Shown: one piece after another, positions 9,872 to 19,272 of the stretch
Layout: each line of letters opens with the position of its first letter
Numbering within the stretch: the first letter of the stretch is position 1
Assembly: GCA_017881685.1 (NCBI GenBank)
Contig: JADGQR010000060.1
Coordinates: 1,370-65,369 of the forward strand
DNA from: Gemmatimonadaceae bacterium
GTDB taxonomy: Bacteria > Gemmatimonadota > Gemmatimonadetes > Gemmatimonadales > Gemmatimonadaceae
DNA: 64,000 nt
Direction: 5' to 3'
Translations under genes and position numbers: made by a program
Notes under the pieces: generated by a model
What the model was told of the DNA's origin: nothing
Seen by the model: the letters and a program-made list of their open reading frames with translations, nothing else
Databases searched by the model: none

Positions 9872-11467
9872 ATGGTCAAAAGTCGCAAATTCGCCCTTAT
9901 CGGGCTCGTCGCCATACCACTGCTTGCGGGCGGTTTCGTCGCGCAGGAGCGCTCCGCGAACGACGGCGCCCGCTTGCTCGATCAAGTGCTCACTATCGTG
10001 TCGAACCGGTTCGTCGACAGCGTCGGCGCCGCCGACCTTTATGAAAAGGCGGCTCGGGGCCTGGTTCACGAGCTGAACGATCCCTATTCGGTCCTACTCT
10101 CCCCAAAAGAGCTCGCAACGTTCAACGCCCAGACTGGCGGAAAGTACGGCGGCGTCGGCATGGAGATCGGTGAAGTCCAGAACTTCATTACCGTCCAGCG
10201 CGTCTTCCCTCATACGCCGGCTGAAGCTGCCGGCATTATTGAAGGCGATCGCATCATTCAGGTTGACACGGCCAACACTCGCGGCTGGACAACCCAACAG
10301 GTATCCGACGTTCTCAAGGGAACTCCGGGAACCAAGGTCAACGTGAAGTTCCAGCGCACCGGTGTAGCTGAGCCGATCGCTGTGACGTTCACCCGTGCAA
10401 ATGTTCGCATCCCCGCGGTTCCGTTTGCCATCATGCTCGACGGCAAGATCGGTTACATCCCGCTCCAGCAGTTCAACGAGACTGCAACTGAAGAGCTCGA
10501 CGCGTCGATCAAACGCCTCACTGCTGAAGGGGCAAAAGGCCTCATCCTCGATCTTCGCGGAAACGGCGGCGGTTATCTCGACCAGTCGGCAACAGTTGCC
10601 AACCTGTTCCTCAACAGAGGACAGGAAGTATCGAGCGTTCGCGGCCGGGCTGGTTTCCAGGAAGTCCTCAACGCGACCGACAATCCGATCGCTCCGGCAA
10701 TTCCGCTGATCGTTCTCACCGACGGTCGCACGGCGTCCGCATCCGAAATCGTTGCCGGCGCTCTTCAGGATCACGACAGGGCAGTAATTGTCGGCACCAC
10801 TTCTTTCGGAAAGGGCCTTGTTCAGACTGTCTATCCGCTCGACGGCGGATACGCACTGAAGATGACGACCGCAAAATGGTATACGCCCAGTGGTCGCTCG
10901 ATCCAGAAAGAACGCAAGCTGCTTCCCGATGGGTCGTTCGTCGAAGTTCTGCCTGATTCGATGGAGACGGACTCCGTTCGCAAGTCACGTCCGAAATTCA
11001 AATCGGACGCCGGACGCATCGTTTACGGCGGCGGCGCCATTACGCCTGACGTGATCGTTCAGCCAGACACGCTGAGCTCCGACGAGCAGAAGCTGCTCAC
11101 CGCTCTTGCTCCAAAGGCGCAGGTGTTCCGCACTACGCTGATCGACTTCGCCGTCGAGCAGAAAGGAAAAGTGCAGCCCGGATTCGCAGTCTCGAAGGCC
11201 TGGCGCGATGAGTTCTACAACAGACTCGTTGCCCAGGGCGTCAAAGTCGAAAAGGCACAGTTCGAAGCGGGGGGCTCCGAAATAGACCGCCTCCTCGGTT
11301 CCAGCATAGCGCGCATCGCTTTCGGTGATTCGACGGCAAAGCGCCGCGACATTCCGGATGACTCGCAGCTCCGTCGGGCGATCGAGCTCATCAAGAATCG
11401 TCAGACACAGCGAGACCTGTTTGCGGCAGTTGCTAAGGAGCAGCAAACAGCGTCAGCGAATCGCTGA
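9872..11467 (+). CDS. S41 family C-terminal processing peptidase (PDZ)
   Basis: Signal peptide; DPYS, GGVGMEI, LILDLRGNGGG, TASASEIVAGALQD, SFGKGLVQ. Confidence 0.95.
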   Translation: MVKSRKFALIGLVAIPLLAGGFVAQERSANDGARLLDQVLTIVSNRFVDSVGAADLYEKAARGLVHELNDPYSVLLSPKELATFNAQTGGKYGGVGMEIGEVQNFITVQRVFPHTPAEAAGIIEGDRIIQVDTANTRGWTTQQVSDVLKGTPGTKVNVKFQRTGVAEPIAVTFTRANVRIPAVPFAIMLDGKIGYIPLQQFNETATEELDASIKRLTAEGAKGLILDLRGNGGGYLDQSATVANLFLNRGQEVSSVRGRAGFQEVLNATDNPIAPAIPLIVLTDGRTASASEIVAGALQDHDRAVIVGTTSFGKGLVQTVYPLDGGYALKMTTAKWYTPSGRSIQKERKLLPDGSFVEVLPDSMETDSVRKSRPKFKSDAGRIVYGGGAITPDVIVQPDTLSSDEQKLLTALAPKAQVFRTTLIDFAVEQKGKVQPGFAVSKAWRDEFYNRLVAQGVKVEKAQFEAGGSEIDRLLGSSIARIAFGDSTAKRRDIPDDSQLRRAIELIKNRQTQRDLFAAVAKEQQTASANR

Positions 11468-11489
11468 CCCGATTCAGCTTCGAAGTTTG

Positions 11490-11525
11490 CCGCCGTCACG
11501 GAATTCCGTGACGGCGGTTTTCTTT
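11490..11525 (+). terminator. Rho-independent terminator after S41 peptidase
   Basis: Perfect 28-bp palindrome CCGCCGTCACGGAATTCCGTGACGGCGG followed by TTTTCTTT. Confidence 0.85.
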
Positions 11526-11562
11526 GCATACTTCCAGCGCTGACTTTCACGCTGGAGCTCAC

Positions 11563-12600
11563 ATGGTTGGCTTGACCTTTCTTGGCATTATCGCGCTGAT
11601 CGTCCTGTTCGTCGCGTCAAAATCCTTCAAGATCGTGGGACAGGCCGAAGTCATGGTCGTCGAAAGACTTGGCCGCTTTCACCGGGTTGCGCGATCGGGC
11701 CTCAACATTCTGTTGCCATTCATCGACTCGCCACGCACCATCGACGTTCGCTATTTCGAGTCCGATGTAACCGGCGTAAAGCGCGTCACCGCCGGACACA
11801 CGTCCCGCATCGATCTCCGCGAACAGGTTCTCAACTTTCCGAGCCAGCCGGTGATCACGAAAGACAACGTGACAATCGACATCGACGCAGTCATTTACTA
11901 TCGCGTCGCTGATCCGCAGAAAGCCACGTACTCGGTGCAGAACCTTCCTTACGCACTCGAAACCCTGACTCGCACAACCCTTCGCAACATCGTCGGCGAA
12001 ATGGAACTCGACGCAACACTCGGCAGCCGCGATGTCATCAACAAGCGAATGCGAGAAGTAATCGAGGAGGCTTCAATTGGTTGGGGCGTCGATGTCACGC
12101 GGGTCGAGCTTCAGGCAATCGAGCCGCCTCGCGACATCCAGCAATCGATGGAGCTTCAAATGCGCGCAGAACGTGAACGGCGCGCTACCGTTACCAACGC
12201 TGAAGCCGGGAAGCGTGCCGCCATTCTCGAAGCCGAAGGCGTACGCGAGTCGCAGGTGCGCCGGGCTGAAGGTGAGAAGGACGCTGCCATTCTTCGTGCT
12301 GACGGACTTGCGACAGCAAGGCTCGCCATGGCTACCGCAGAGGCCGAAGCGATCCGAAAGATCGCCAGCGCCCTGCCTGAGGGGCAGGCCGCAATGTATC
12401 TACTCGGCATGAAATACCTGGAAGCGCTTCCGACTCTTGCTCAGGGCAAGAACACGACAATCTTCCTTCCCGCCGAGGCGGCCGGGGTAATGGGCGCCAT
12501 CGGCGGGCTGAGAGAGCTCGTCAACCGGGCGGGCGTTCCCGGACACAGCCCATCCGAGACTAAACCTCAAGCTGCCGAAGAACCGCGGAAGCTGACTTGA
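11563..12600 (+). CDS. SPFH/band 7/stomatin family membrane protein
   Basis: N-terminal TM, VVERLG, QPVITKDNV, TTLRNIVG, QMRAERERRA; ATG 11563 with GGAG SD. Confidence 0.93.
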   Translation: MVGLTFLGIIALIVLFVASKSFKIVGQAEVMVVERLGRFHRVARSGLNILLPFIDSPRTIDVRYFESDVTGVKRVTAGHTSRIDLREQVLNFPSQPVITKDNVTIDIDAVIYYRVADPQKATYSVQNLPYALETLTRTTLRNIVGEMELDATLGSRDVINKRMREVIEEASIGWGVDVTRVELQAIEPPRDIQQSMELQMRAERERRATVTNAEAGKRAAILEAEGVRESQVRRAEGEKDAAILRADGLATARLAMATAEAEAIRKIASALPEGQAAMYLLGMKYLEALPTLAQGKNTTIFLPAEAAGVMGAIGGLRELVNRAGVPGHSPSETKPQAAEEPRKLT

Positions 12601-12818
12601 AGGAGATAACTCAGGATCGGGCAGAACGCATTGCTCGAGCCCACGCCTGCGAGCATTGCGGCGAATACAGCTTCAAGAAGCTCAAGGTCAAAGCGGCATC
12701 GGAGTCACACCGGAAAGCCCTTGGCGAAGTCTGGCACGTCTCTAAGACCTGCGGCGTCTGCGGAATGGAGCACGAGCTCGGAATCGACGCCGAGGGCGAC
12801 ATCGTCTACGCCACTTAG
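12597..12818 (+). CDS. Small CxxC...CxxC putative Zn-binding protein
   Basis: TTGA coupling to SPFH stop; CEHC and CGVC. Confidence 0.75.
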   Translation: MKEITQDRAERIARAHACEHCGEYSFKKLKVKAASESHRKALGEVWHVSKTCGVCGMEHELGIDAEGDIVYAT

Positions 12819-12822
12819 CACG

Positions 12823-13596
12823 CTACCTCCGGCTCTGGATTCCTTCCGGCCAGTCGGGTTTGTGTGAGTACTTCCCGAAGATTGCCTGAAGCACCGCTTC
12901 GGGCCTTTCCGTCTTCGCAATTACGTCGAGTTTGTCGGAGAGAAGCATCACCCTCGAGAAGTCCCGATATCTCTTGTAACTGTGCGGAAAGAAGACCTCG
13001 CCCTTGCGCACCGTTCGCCCGAGGACCTGATCGGGGATCAGAAAGCGGGTCGCCGCATAGAAGAAATTGAGGGTCTTTGGCTTCGGGAGGCTGCTCTCCC
13101 GTATCCCTGCCGGCAGTGAGCCGTGCTTTCCCCATTGGACATCGATCCCCACCTGCGACTTGGGCCATCCGGTGTGCAGGATCGTCCCGTGCCAGTAGGT
13201 CCATACGTCGGTCGGTGCGCTCGTCGAGTCGTACCCCACCCAGACGACCTCCTCGTCAGTTGGCACCGTAAACGGAATCCAGGATCCATTGACGTCGTCC
13301 CGCCAGAGCAGGTGGTAGGCGATTACGCGCCGGGTCGGGTGGACCACGGCAACCACGCGGGACAGCGGGAACGTTTCGTCGCGTTGGATGTACAACACCG
13401 GTGCCAGGCTTCGCGCCAGCAGAGCGCCACTGTCGGATTCTGCCAGCGCACCGGGCAAATCAATGGGTCGCAAAGGGATGTGAGCGTGAGGCCCGCATCC
13501 GCCTAGAAGAACAACGAGCAGAAGAACCCCGGTCAGTTTCCGGCCCTGCCCGTTGATCTGCCGTAGTACAGCGACTCCAACAGCATGTCTTGCCAC
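12823..13596 (-). CDS. Hypothetical lipoprotein
   Basis: Lipobox LLGGC after hydrophobic stretch; start uncertain (GTG 13596 chosen to avoid the divergent gene). Confidence 0.7.
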   Translation of the reverse strand: MARHAVGVAVLRQINGQGRKLTGVLLLVVLLGGCGPHAHIPLRPIDLPGALAESDSGALLARSLAPVLYIQRDETFPLSRVVAVVHPTRRVIAYHLLWRDDVNGSWIPFTVPTDEEVVWVGYDSTSAPTDVWTYWHGTILHTGWPKSQVGIDVQWGKHGSLPAGIRESSLPKPKTLNFFYAATRFLIPDQVLGRTVRKGEVFFPHSYKRYRDFSRVMLLSDKLDVIAKTERPEAVLQAIFGKYSHKPDWPEGIQSRR

Positions 13597-13635
13597 TACC
13601 GGTGCACCGGAAGTGACAGGGCCGTCGGAGGGCCG

Positions 13636-13854
13636 ATGCGTAAGCCGCGTCCAAACACGTATAATCCCGCGCAAGTGCTTCACCTCATCAACCGTGATCG
13701 ATCGGGGGGACCGCTTAGTTGTCCATCGTGTTCAGGCCCAATCGGGCGCGAACCCGGACAATACCCGCCTGCACCAATGTCACATGTGACATTGAAGTGC
13801 CGAAGCTGTGGCCGAACCGCACGCTACATCGCCAACGCAGCCGGAGCAGCCTGA
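13636..13854 (+). CDS. Small Zn-ribbon protein (72 aa)
   Basis: GGAGGG SD then ATG 13636; CPSC and CRSC. Confidence 0.65.
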   Translation: MRKPRPNTYNPAQVLHLINRDRSGGPLSCPSCSGPIGREPGQYPPAPMSHVTLKCRSCGRTARYIANAAGAA

Positions 13855-14052
13855 GTGTCCGGCCTTCTGACAAGACAATTGTTTGTCCAATTGCACAAAA
13901 CTTGCCCGAATAATGCAGGAAGCCAATTGCCGCATCGCGGCGATCCGTACCGGAGGTCAATCAGCCGAATCATCCGGTACTCATACACTGATTGCGCCCC
14001 AAAGACGCACAGTGAGTACAGTCAGACCCCTCTGAGGGGAAAGGAAAGATTT

Positions 14053-14259
14053 ATGGCACGCATCACCGGCACAGTGAAGTGGTTCAATGACGCGAAAGGA
14101 TTTGGCTTCATCTCCCGTGAAGGAGGTCCCGACGTATTCGTCCACTTCAGCGCAATCTCAGGCTCTGGATTCAAGTCTCTCGCAGAGGGTGACAAAGTGG
14201 AGTTCGAAGTGGTACAGGGGCAGAAAGGCCCTCAAGCCGCGGACGTGACAAAGGTCTGA
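14053..14259 (+). CDS. cspA: Cold-shock protein
   Basis: [15 protein letters not shown] (RNP1), VFVHFSAI (RNP2). Confidence 0.97.
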   Translation: MARITGTVKWFNDAKGFGFISREGGPDVFVHFSAISGSGFKSLAEGDKVEFEVVQGQKGPQAADVTKV

Positions 14260-14285
14260 CTGAAAACTGATTTGAACCTTCACGC

Positions 14286-14314
14286 AAAAGCCCCGGTCAT
14301 TCGGGGCTTTTTTT
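14286..14314 (+). terminator. Rho-independent terminator after csp
   Basis: AAAAGCCCCG-loop-CGGGGC-T7. Confidence 0.85.
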
Positions 14315-14396
14315 GTGCGGAATATTGCAAATCACCACCACGATGGCGGCATTCGAATTGCCCCTTTTCCTGGCGCCACATCCAACGGAGAAGAAA

Positions 14397-15239
14397 ATGG
14401 CCGCGATCTGGAAAGGCTCAGTGTCCTTCGGCCTTGTGAATATTCCGGTTGAGCTCAGAACCGCTGTCCGCCCTGACCACATCAGCTTCCGCCTGCTTCA
14501 CAAGGATGACCTGTCGCCGGTGAAGTACGACCGCGTCTGCGCGACCGAAGGCGAGCCGGTTCCCTGGAATGAGATAGTCAAAGGATATGAATACGAAAAA
14601 GGAAAATTCGTCGTGATGACCGACGAAGACTTCAAGATTGCTGCAATCGAAGGCTCGAAGACAATCGACATTCTCGACTTCGTAAAGGAAGAAGAAATCG
14701 ATCCGCGCTACTTCGAGACACCCTACTACCTCGTTCCAGCAAAAGGCGCGGACAAGTCCTACGCACTTCTTCGCGAAGCAATCCGCTCGACGGGTTCGGT
14801 TGGCATCGGCAAGATCATCATGCGACAGCACCAGCACCTTGCCGCAATCAAGGTCATCGGCAACGCACTCGTTCTCGAGATAATGCGCTTCTCCAACGAG
14901 CTTGTGAACAGCGACGAATACAGCTTCCCCGCCCGCGACAACGTGCGGCCGCAGGAATTGAAAATGGCCGAGCAGCTGATCGGCAATCTCGCCGAGTCAT
15001 TCGACCCAACCCGGTACACGGACAACTACCGGGCCAGCCTGATGAAGCTCATCAAGGCGAAGATGAAGGGCAAGAAGATCACGCTCGCGGAGCCCACAAA
15101 AGAAAAGGATTCCGGCGTTCTGGATCTGATGTCGCGTTTGCGAGCCAGTCTCGAACAGGGCAGCACAAAGAAAACGGCTCACGTGAACAAATCACCCGCT
15201 CGCTCACGCACGAGGACTGCAAAACGTAAGTCGGCCTGA
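14397..15239 (+). CDS. ku: NHEJ Ku protein
   Basis: IWKGSVSFGLVNIPV, IVKGYEY, YFETPYYL, basic C-terminal tail; GGAG SD. Confidence 0.97.
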   Translation: MAAIWKGSVSFGLVNIPVELRTAVRPDHISFRLLHKDDLSPVKYDRVCATEGEPVPWNEIVKGYEYEKGKFVVMTDEDFKIAAIEGSKTIDILDFVKEEEIDPRYFETPYYLVPAKGADKSYALLREAIRSTGSVGIGKIIMRQHQHLAAIKVIGNALVLEIMRFSNELVNSDEYSFPARDNVRPQELKMAEQLIGNLAESFDPTRYTDNYRASLMKLIKAKMKGKKITLAEPTKEKDSGVLDLMSRLRASLEQGSTKKTAHVNKSPARSRTRTAKRKSA

Positions 15240-15250
15240 CGGTAAGTCTC

Positions 15251-18040
15251 GTGGCAACGCGATCAAAACGAACTGGCTCCGCTCGGACGAAGCTTGCCGA
15301 ATATCGTAGAAAGCGCGAGTTCGGAAAAACTTCAGAGCCATCCGGAGCAGAGCCGGTTCCGCAATCAGCCAAGCTTCGATTCGTCATCCAGAAACACGCT
15401 GCGTCACATCTCCACTTCGATCTGAGGCTCGAGCTCGATGGCGTGATGAAGAGCTGGGCCGTACCAAAAGGCCCGTGCACGGACCCGTCTGTCAAACGCC
15501 TCGCGATGGAAGTCGAAGATCACCCGATCAGCTACAACGACTTCGAAGGCACAATCCCGGAGGACGAATACGGCGGCGGTACCGTCATGCTCTGGGACAG
15601 CGGGACCTACACGGCTGACGGAGCCTATCCCTGCGAAGAGAAAGAAAAACTTCGCGCGGGTTACCGGAAAGGCGATCTGAAGGTCACTTTCTTCGGCAAG
15701 AGGATGCACGGATCGTGGGCGCTCATCCGCATGAAGCCGCGGGATGACTACTCATCGTCCAAACCTCAATGGCTTTTCATCAAGCACCGCGACGACAATG
15801 CGTCAACCGATGATATCGTAGCGGACAACATGACTTCGGTGACGACCGGTCGTACGATGGGTGAGATCGCCGGAGGAAAGAGCAAAGTCTGGAACAGCAA
15901 TCGAGCGGACAAGAAAACTTCCGTGAAAAAGCAGCCGGCAGCCAAGCGGTCGAGAAGTTCTGCAGACATCGAGGCGCTCGCAAAGTCCGTCGAGCCGATG
16001 TACTGCAGTATCGGCACGGAGATCCCGGGCCCTGGCTGGACATTCGAGCCTAAATACGACGGCGTTCGTGTACTCGCATTCGTGACAAACGGCGAAGCCA
16101 CTCTCATCACACGAAACGGCAAGAATAAGTCGGAGCAGTTCCCCGAAATTGTCGAAGCCCTTAAATCAATCGCTACGAAAAAGAAGAAGGATTTCGTGAT
16201 CGACGGAGAGATCGTTGCTCTCATCGACGGAAACCCCGGTCGCTTTCAGGAGCTGCAAAGCCGGATTCACGTGAAGGAATCGCAGCTGATAGAACGCTAT
16301 CGCAGCACGATGCCGGTTGCACTGATGGTGTTCGACATGCTCATAGCCGGTACCGATGTCCTTCTCCGTGAGCCGTGGTCAAAACGTCGCGCCAGACTCG
16401 TGAAGGAATTCTCAAGGATCGGCTCTGACCATATTCGCATCACCGAATCGCTCGAAGACGACGGCAAGAAGATGCTCGCCATTGCGCGGAAACAAAGTTG
16501 GGAAGGAATCATCGCGAAACGAGTCGATTCTACCTACGAGCCGGGCGTTCGCACCAAGGCGTGGTTGAAGCTGAAAATTGAATTCACGCAGGAGTTCGTC
16601 GTCGGAGGGTTCACCGAGCCACGCAACTCCCGACAACACTTCGGCGCACTTCTCCTCGGCTACTTCGATGGCGACCGATTCATCTACGTCGGACATACCG
16701 GCGGAGGTTTTACAGGAGCAGGACTGGGCGACATGTACCGTCGCCTCGCTCCTCTCGAAATAAAGAAATCTCCTTTCGAGGAAACGCCGAAGACCAATGA
16801 GCGCGCGCATTGGGTGAAACCGAAGATCGTCGTCGAAGTGAAATTCAGCGAATGGACCGACGATGGAAAGCTGCGCCAACCCATTTACCTCGGCACACGC
16901 GACGACAAGAAGGCTCGCGATGTCGGACGAGAGGGCTCGAGCATGCAGAACAAGAACGGCGGCAAAGCGTCAGACGGAACGAGGCGCTCTGCAGCTTCCG
17001 CGTCAAAGTCCACGGCGCGACGACGCATCTACGCACAGCGCACGGTGGAAGCTGCGCCTGGCGACAAGAAGAAAACGGCGAAAAGGCCCGGTAAATCGCG
17101 GCCGTCGTCGGATATCGTCGATCAGCTGACGGAGATAGAAGAGAACAGCGGCACCGGTTCTGTCCGAGTCGATGCGAGTACAGAAGTCGACGTCACCAAC
17201 CTCGGCAAGATCTTCTTCCCGAAGAAGAAGCTCACGAAGGGCGATTTGATGCGCTACTACGCAACGGTAGCTCCCTTCGTGCTGCCCGTCATGGCCGATC
17301 GACCGCTCGTTCTGAAGCGCTTTCCAAATGGCGTAACCGGTCAGTCCTTCTTCCAGCAGAACGCCGGTGAGCCGCCGGACTTCGTTCGCACAGAGACGAT
17401 TCACACTGAGGGCGGATCGACGAATCTCCGAATAGTCGGAGGCGATCTCGCCACACTGCTTTACACCGTTCAACTCGGCAGCATCTCTGTCGATCCGTGG
17501 CATTCAAGAATTCAATCGCTCGATCACGCAGATTACACAATCATCGATCTCGATCCGGGACCGCGTGCGCCATTCAGCAGAGTGCGACAGGTTGCACAAT
17601 GGGCATTGGAAGCCATGGACAGCCTGGGGTTGCACGGAGCACTCAAGACTTCCGGATCGACTGGTGCCCACATCTACATGCCGCTTCCGCCCAACACGCC
17701 GAACGAGGCCGCCACACTCGTCGCGCAGATCGTTGCAACACGCGTGGTGCAGGAGCATCCGAAGGAAGCGACGATCGAGCGATCGGTTAAGGCCAGGGGC
17801 GCAGCGACAGTTTACGTCGACTATCTGCAGAACATCATCGGGAAGACCGTCGCCGCTGCGTACTCGGCTCGAGCAAACCCGGATGCGCTTGTCTCGACCC
17901 CGCTGGATTGGGCCGAGCTGGACGATGATCTGGACCCACGCGATTTCACAATCGAGACTGCGCCTGATCGCTTCGCCCGAAAGGGCGACATATGGGCGGC
18001 TCAATTGAAGAAGAAGAATTCGCTGCGCGCTCTGGTCTAG
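15251..18040 (+). CDS. ligD: DNA ligase D (phosphoesterase-ligase-polymerase)
   Basis: FVIQKHAASHLHFDLRLE (PE), EPKYDG (ligase), DLDPG and KTSGSTGAHIY (Pol). Confidence 0.97.
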   Translation: MATRSKRTGSARTKLAEYRRKREFGKTSEPSGAEPVPQSAKLRFVIQKHAASHLHFDLRLELDGVMKSWAVPKGPCTDPSVKRLAMEVEDHPISYNDFEGTIPEDEYGGGTVMLWDSGTYTADGAYPCEEKEKLRAGYRKGDLKVTFFGKRMHGSWALIRMKPRDDYSSSKPQWLFIKHRDDNASTDDIVADNMTSVTTGRTMGEIAGGKSKVWNSNRADKKTSVKKQPAAKRSRSSADIEALAKSVEPMYCSIGTEIPGPGWTFEPKYDGVRVLAFVTNGEATLITRNGKNKSEQFPEIVEALKSIATKKKKDFVIDGEIVALIDGNPGRFQELQSRIHVKESQLIERYRSTMPVALMVFDMLIAGTDVLLREPWSKRRARLVKEFSRIGSDHIRITESLEDDGKKMLAIARKQSWEGIIAKRVDSTYEPGVRTKAWLKLKIEFTQEFVVGGFTEPRNSRQHFGALLLGYFDGDRFIYVGHTGGGFTGAGLGDMYRRLAPLEIKKSPFEETPKTNERAHWVKPKIVVEVKFSEWTDDGKLRQPIYLGTRDDKKARDVGREGSSMQNKNGGKASDGTRRSAASASKSTARRRIYAQRTVEAAPGDKKKTAKRPGKSRPSSDIVDQLTEIEENSGTGSVRVDASTEVDVTNLGKIFFPKKKLTKGDLMRYYATVAPFVLPVMADRPLVLKRFPNGVTGQSFFQQNAGEPPDFVRTETIHTEGGSTNLRIVGGDLATLLYTVQLGSISVDPWHSRIQSLDHADYTIIDLDPGPRAPFSRVRQVAQWALEAMDSLGLHGALKTSGSTGAHIYMPLPPNTPNEAATLVAQIVATRVVQEHPKEATIERSVKARGAATVYVDYLQNIIGKTVAAAYSARANPDALVSTPLDWAELDDDLDPRDFTIETAPDRFARKGDIWAAQLKKKNSLRALV

Positions 18041-18053
18041 GCGCGCCTCAGCT

Positions 18054-18356
18054 TTAGCGGGAGCTGACCTTTCTAAGCGGCAGATTCAGCTGCGCGGTTT
18101 TTTTTTCCTGTTCGGCGGGCGGTACCTCGAACGTAGGATCGCTGGACTCATCCACCATGTGGGTGAGCTTGTAATACAAATGCAGCGCATTGACCGGCGC
18201 CATGAAGCTGCGACGGCCGGCACGGGAGATGGCCACAGCTTCCTCCCGGACGCGCCGCGGAAGATCCTGCGCCATCGGGTGGGCGAGCAGGCGCCTTATC
18301 TCAACGGTGTTTCTCGCCAAGAGTGCAGCGCAGAGGCTGTCCAGGTATGCGAGCAT
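18054..18356 (-). CDS. Hypothetical protein (100 aa) with C-terminal QLNLPL motif
   Basis: Fills gap between ligD and nrtR-like gene; purine-rich GAGAGAG upstream of ATG. Confidence 0.7.
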   Translation of the reverse strand: MLAYLDSLCAALLARNTVEIRRLLAHPMAQDLPRRVREEAVAISRAGRRSFMAPVNALHLYYKLTHMVDESSDPTFEVPPAEQEKKTAQLNLPLRKVSSR

Positions 18357-18463
18357 TCTCTCTCGTGACTAGGTCGAATTAAACCTTAGGTACACATTGC
18401 AACTAATACACCCGAAAGGCAATATGTGCCAGCATCCATCGATTTCCGGTACAATCCTTTTAC

Positions 18464-19138
18464 TTAGGACGACAACAGGTCCAGTCTGATACCCCGTTGC
18501 GCAGGCCGGCGTTTCCTTGGTGCAAACCGGTAGAGTTGAGCCGGGCGTCCCCTGCCCTCGCTGCGCCACTCATCCGTCGGCTCGACCAGCCACGCTCCCT
18601 GCAGTGCCCTCCTGAAGCTTGCTTTGTGCAACCTCTTCGCCAGCAGCAGCTCATACATCTGCTGAAGCTCCGTCAGGGTAAACATTTGAGGAAGAAGCCT
18701 GAAGGCCACCGGCGATTGATCCATCCTCGTCCTGATCATCGACACTGCCGTATCAAGGATTTGACGCTGCCTTGGCGAAAGCGCCGGGACATCAGCGAGA
18801 GGAAACCAGGCGTAAACGCCGCCAACGGGCGAGGGAGTTCCAGTCGGCACCAGTCCCGCGAACGCGACTGAGATTTCTGCATCGGACGGGTGCCGCTTGC
18901 CATCACCGAAAGCACCAATCTGCTCTTTCCAGGCTGTATCTTCGCCGAGAATTGATTTGGAAATTCGCGAAGCAGTAGCGTCGAGCGCCTCGCCATTTTT
19001 TGCCGAGTCCCATGGGAGCGTCCATTTCTCTCTTCCATCTGGGGAACGCGAAAGGAGAACTGCGAGCTGGCCACGCACAGCCGTCAGAAGGACGACATCA
19101 ATTGAATAAGGGGGCTTTCGCGGGCGGCGGTCAGACAT
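18464..19138 (-). CDS. nrtR: NrtR-like regulator (degenerate Nudix + winged helix)
   Basis: SIDVVLLT, WTLP, EQIGAFGD, FTLTELQQMYE, KASFRR, GRGRPAQLYRF. Confidence 0.88.
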   Translation of the reverse strand: MSDRRPRKPPYSIDVVLLTAVRGQLAVLLSRSPDGREKWTLPWDSAKNGEALDATASRISKSILGEDTAWKEQIGAFGDGKRHPSDAEISVAFAGLVPTGTPSPVGGVYAWFPLADVPALSPRQRQILDTAVSMIRTRMDQSPVAFRLLPQMFTLTELQQMYELLLAKRLHKASFRRALQGAWLVEPTDEWRSEGRGRPAQLYRFAPRKRRPAQRGIRLDLLSS

Positions 19139-19147
19139 GTATGGCGA

Positions 19148-19175
19148 ATTAGTCACCAATCGTGACTAATGTCAA
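19148..19175 (-). promoter_or_regulatory. Promoter (-35 TTGACA) with operator palindrome upstream of nrtR-like gene
   Basis: ATTAGTCAC-N5-GTGACTAAT at 19148-19170 abutting TTGACA (19175-19170, minus strand). Confidence 0.7.
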
Positions 19176-19272
19176 GGCTGGTATTTGTTTTGGTATCAAG
19201 TCGCTAATTAATAGCGTGCGGTGGGAAGGAGTATATACGAGTTTCCCATGGCCGCGTCAACCAGGGCTTTGA

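Noticed and set aside
18415-18435. Sigma54-like TGGCAC...TTGC upstream of the 100-aa gene
   Set aside because: GG-GC spacing is 8 rather than the required 10
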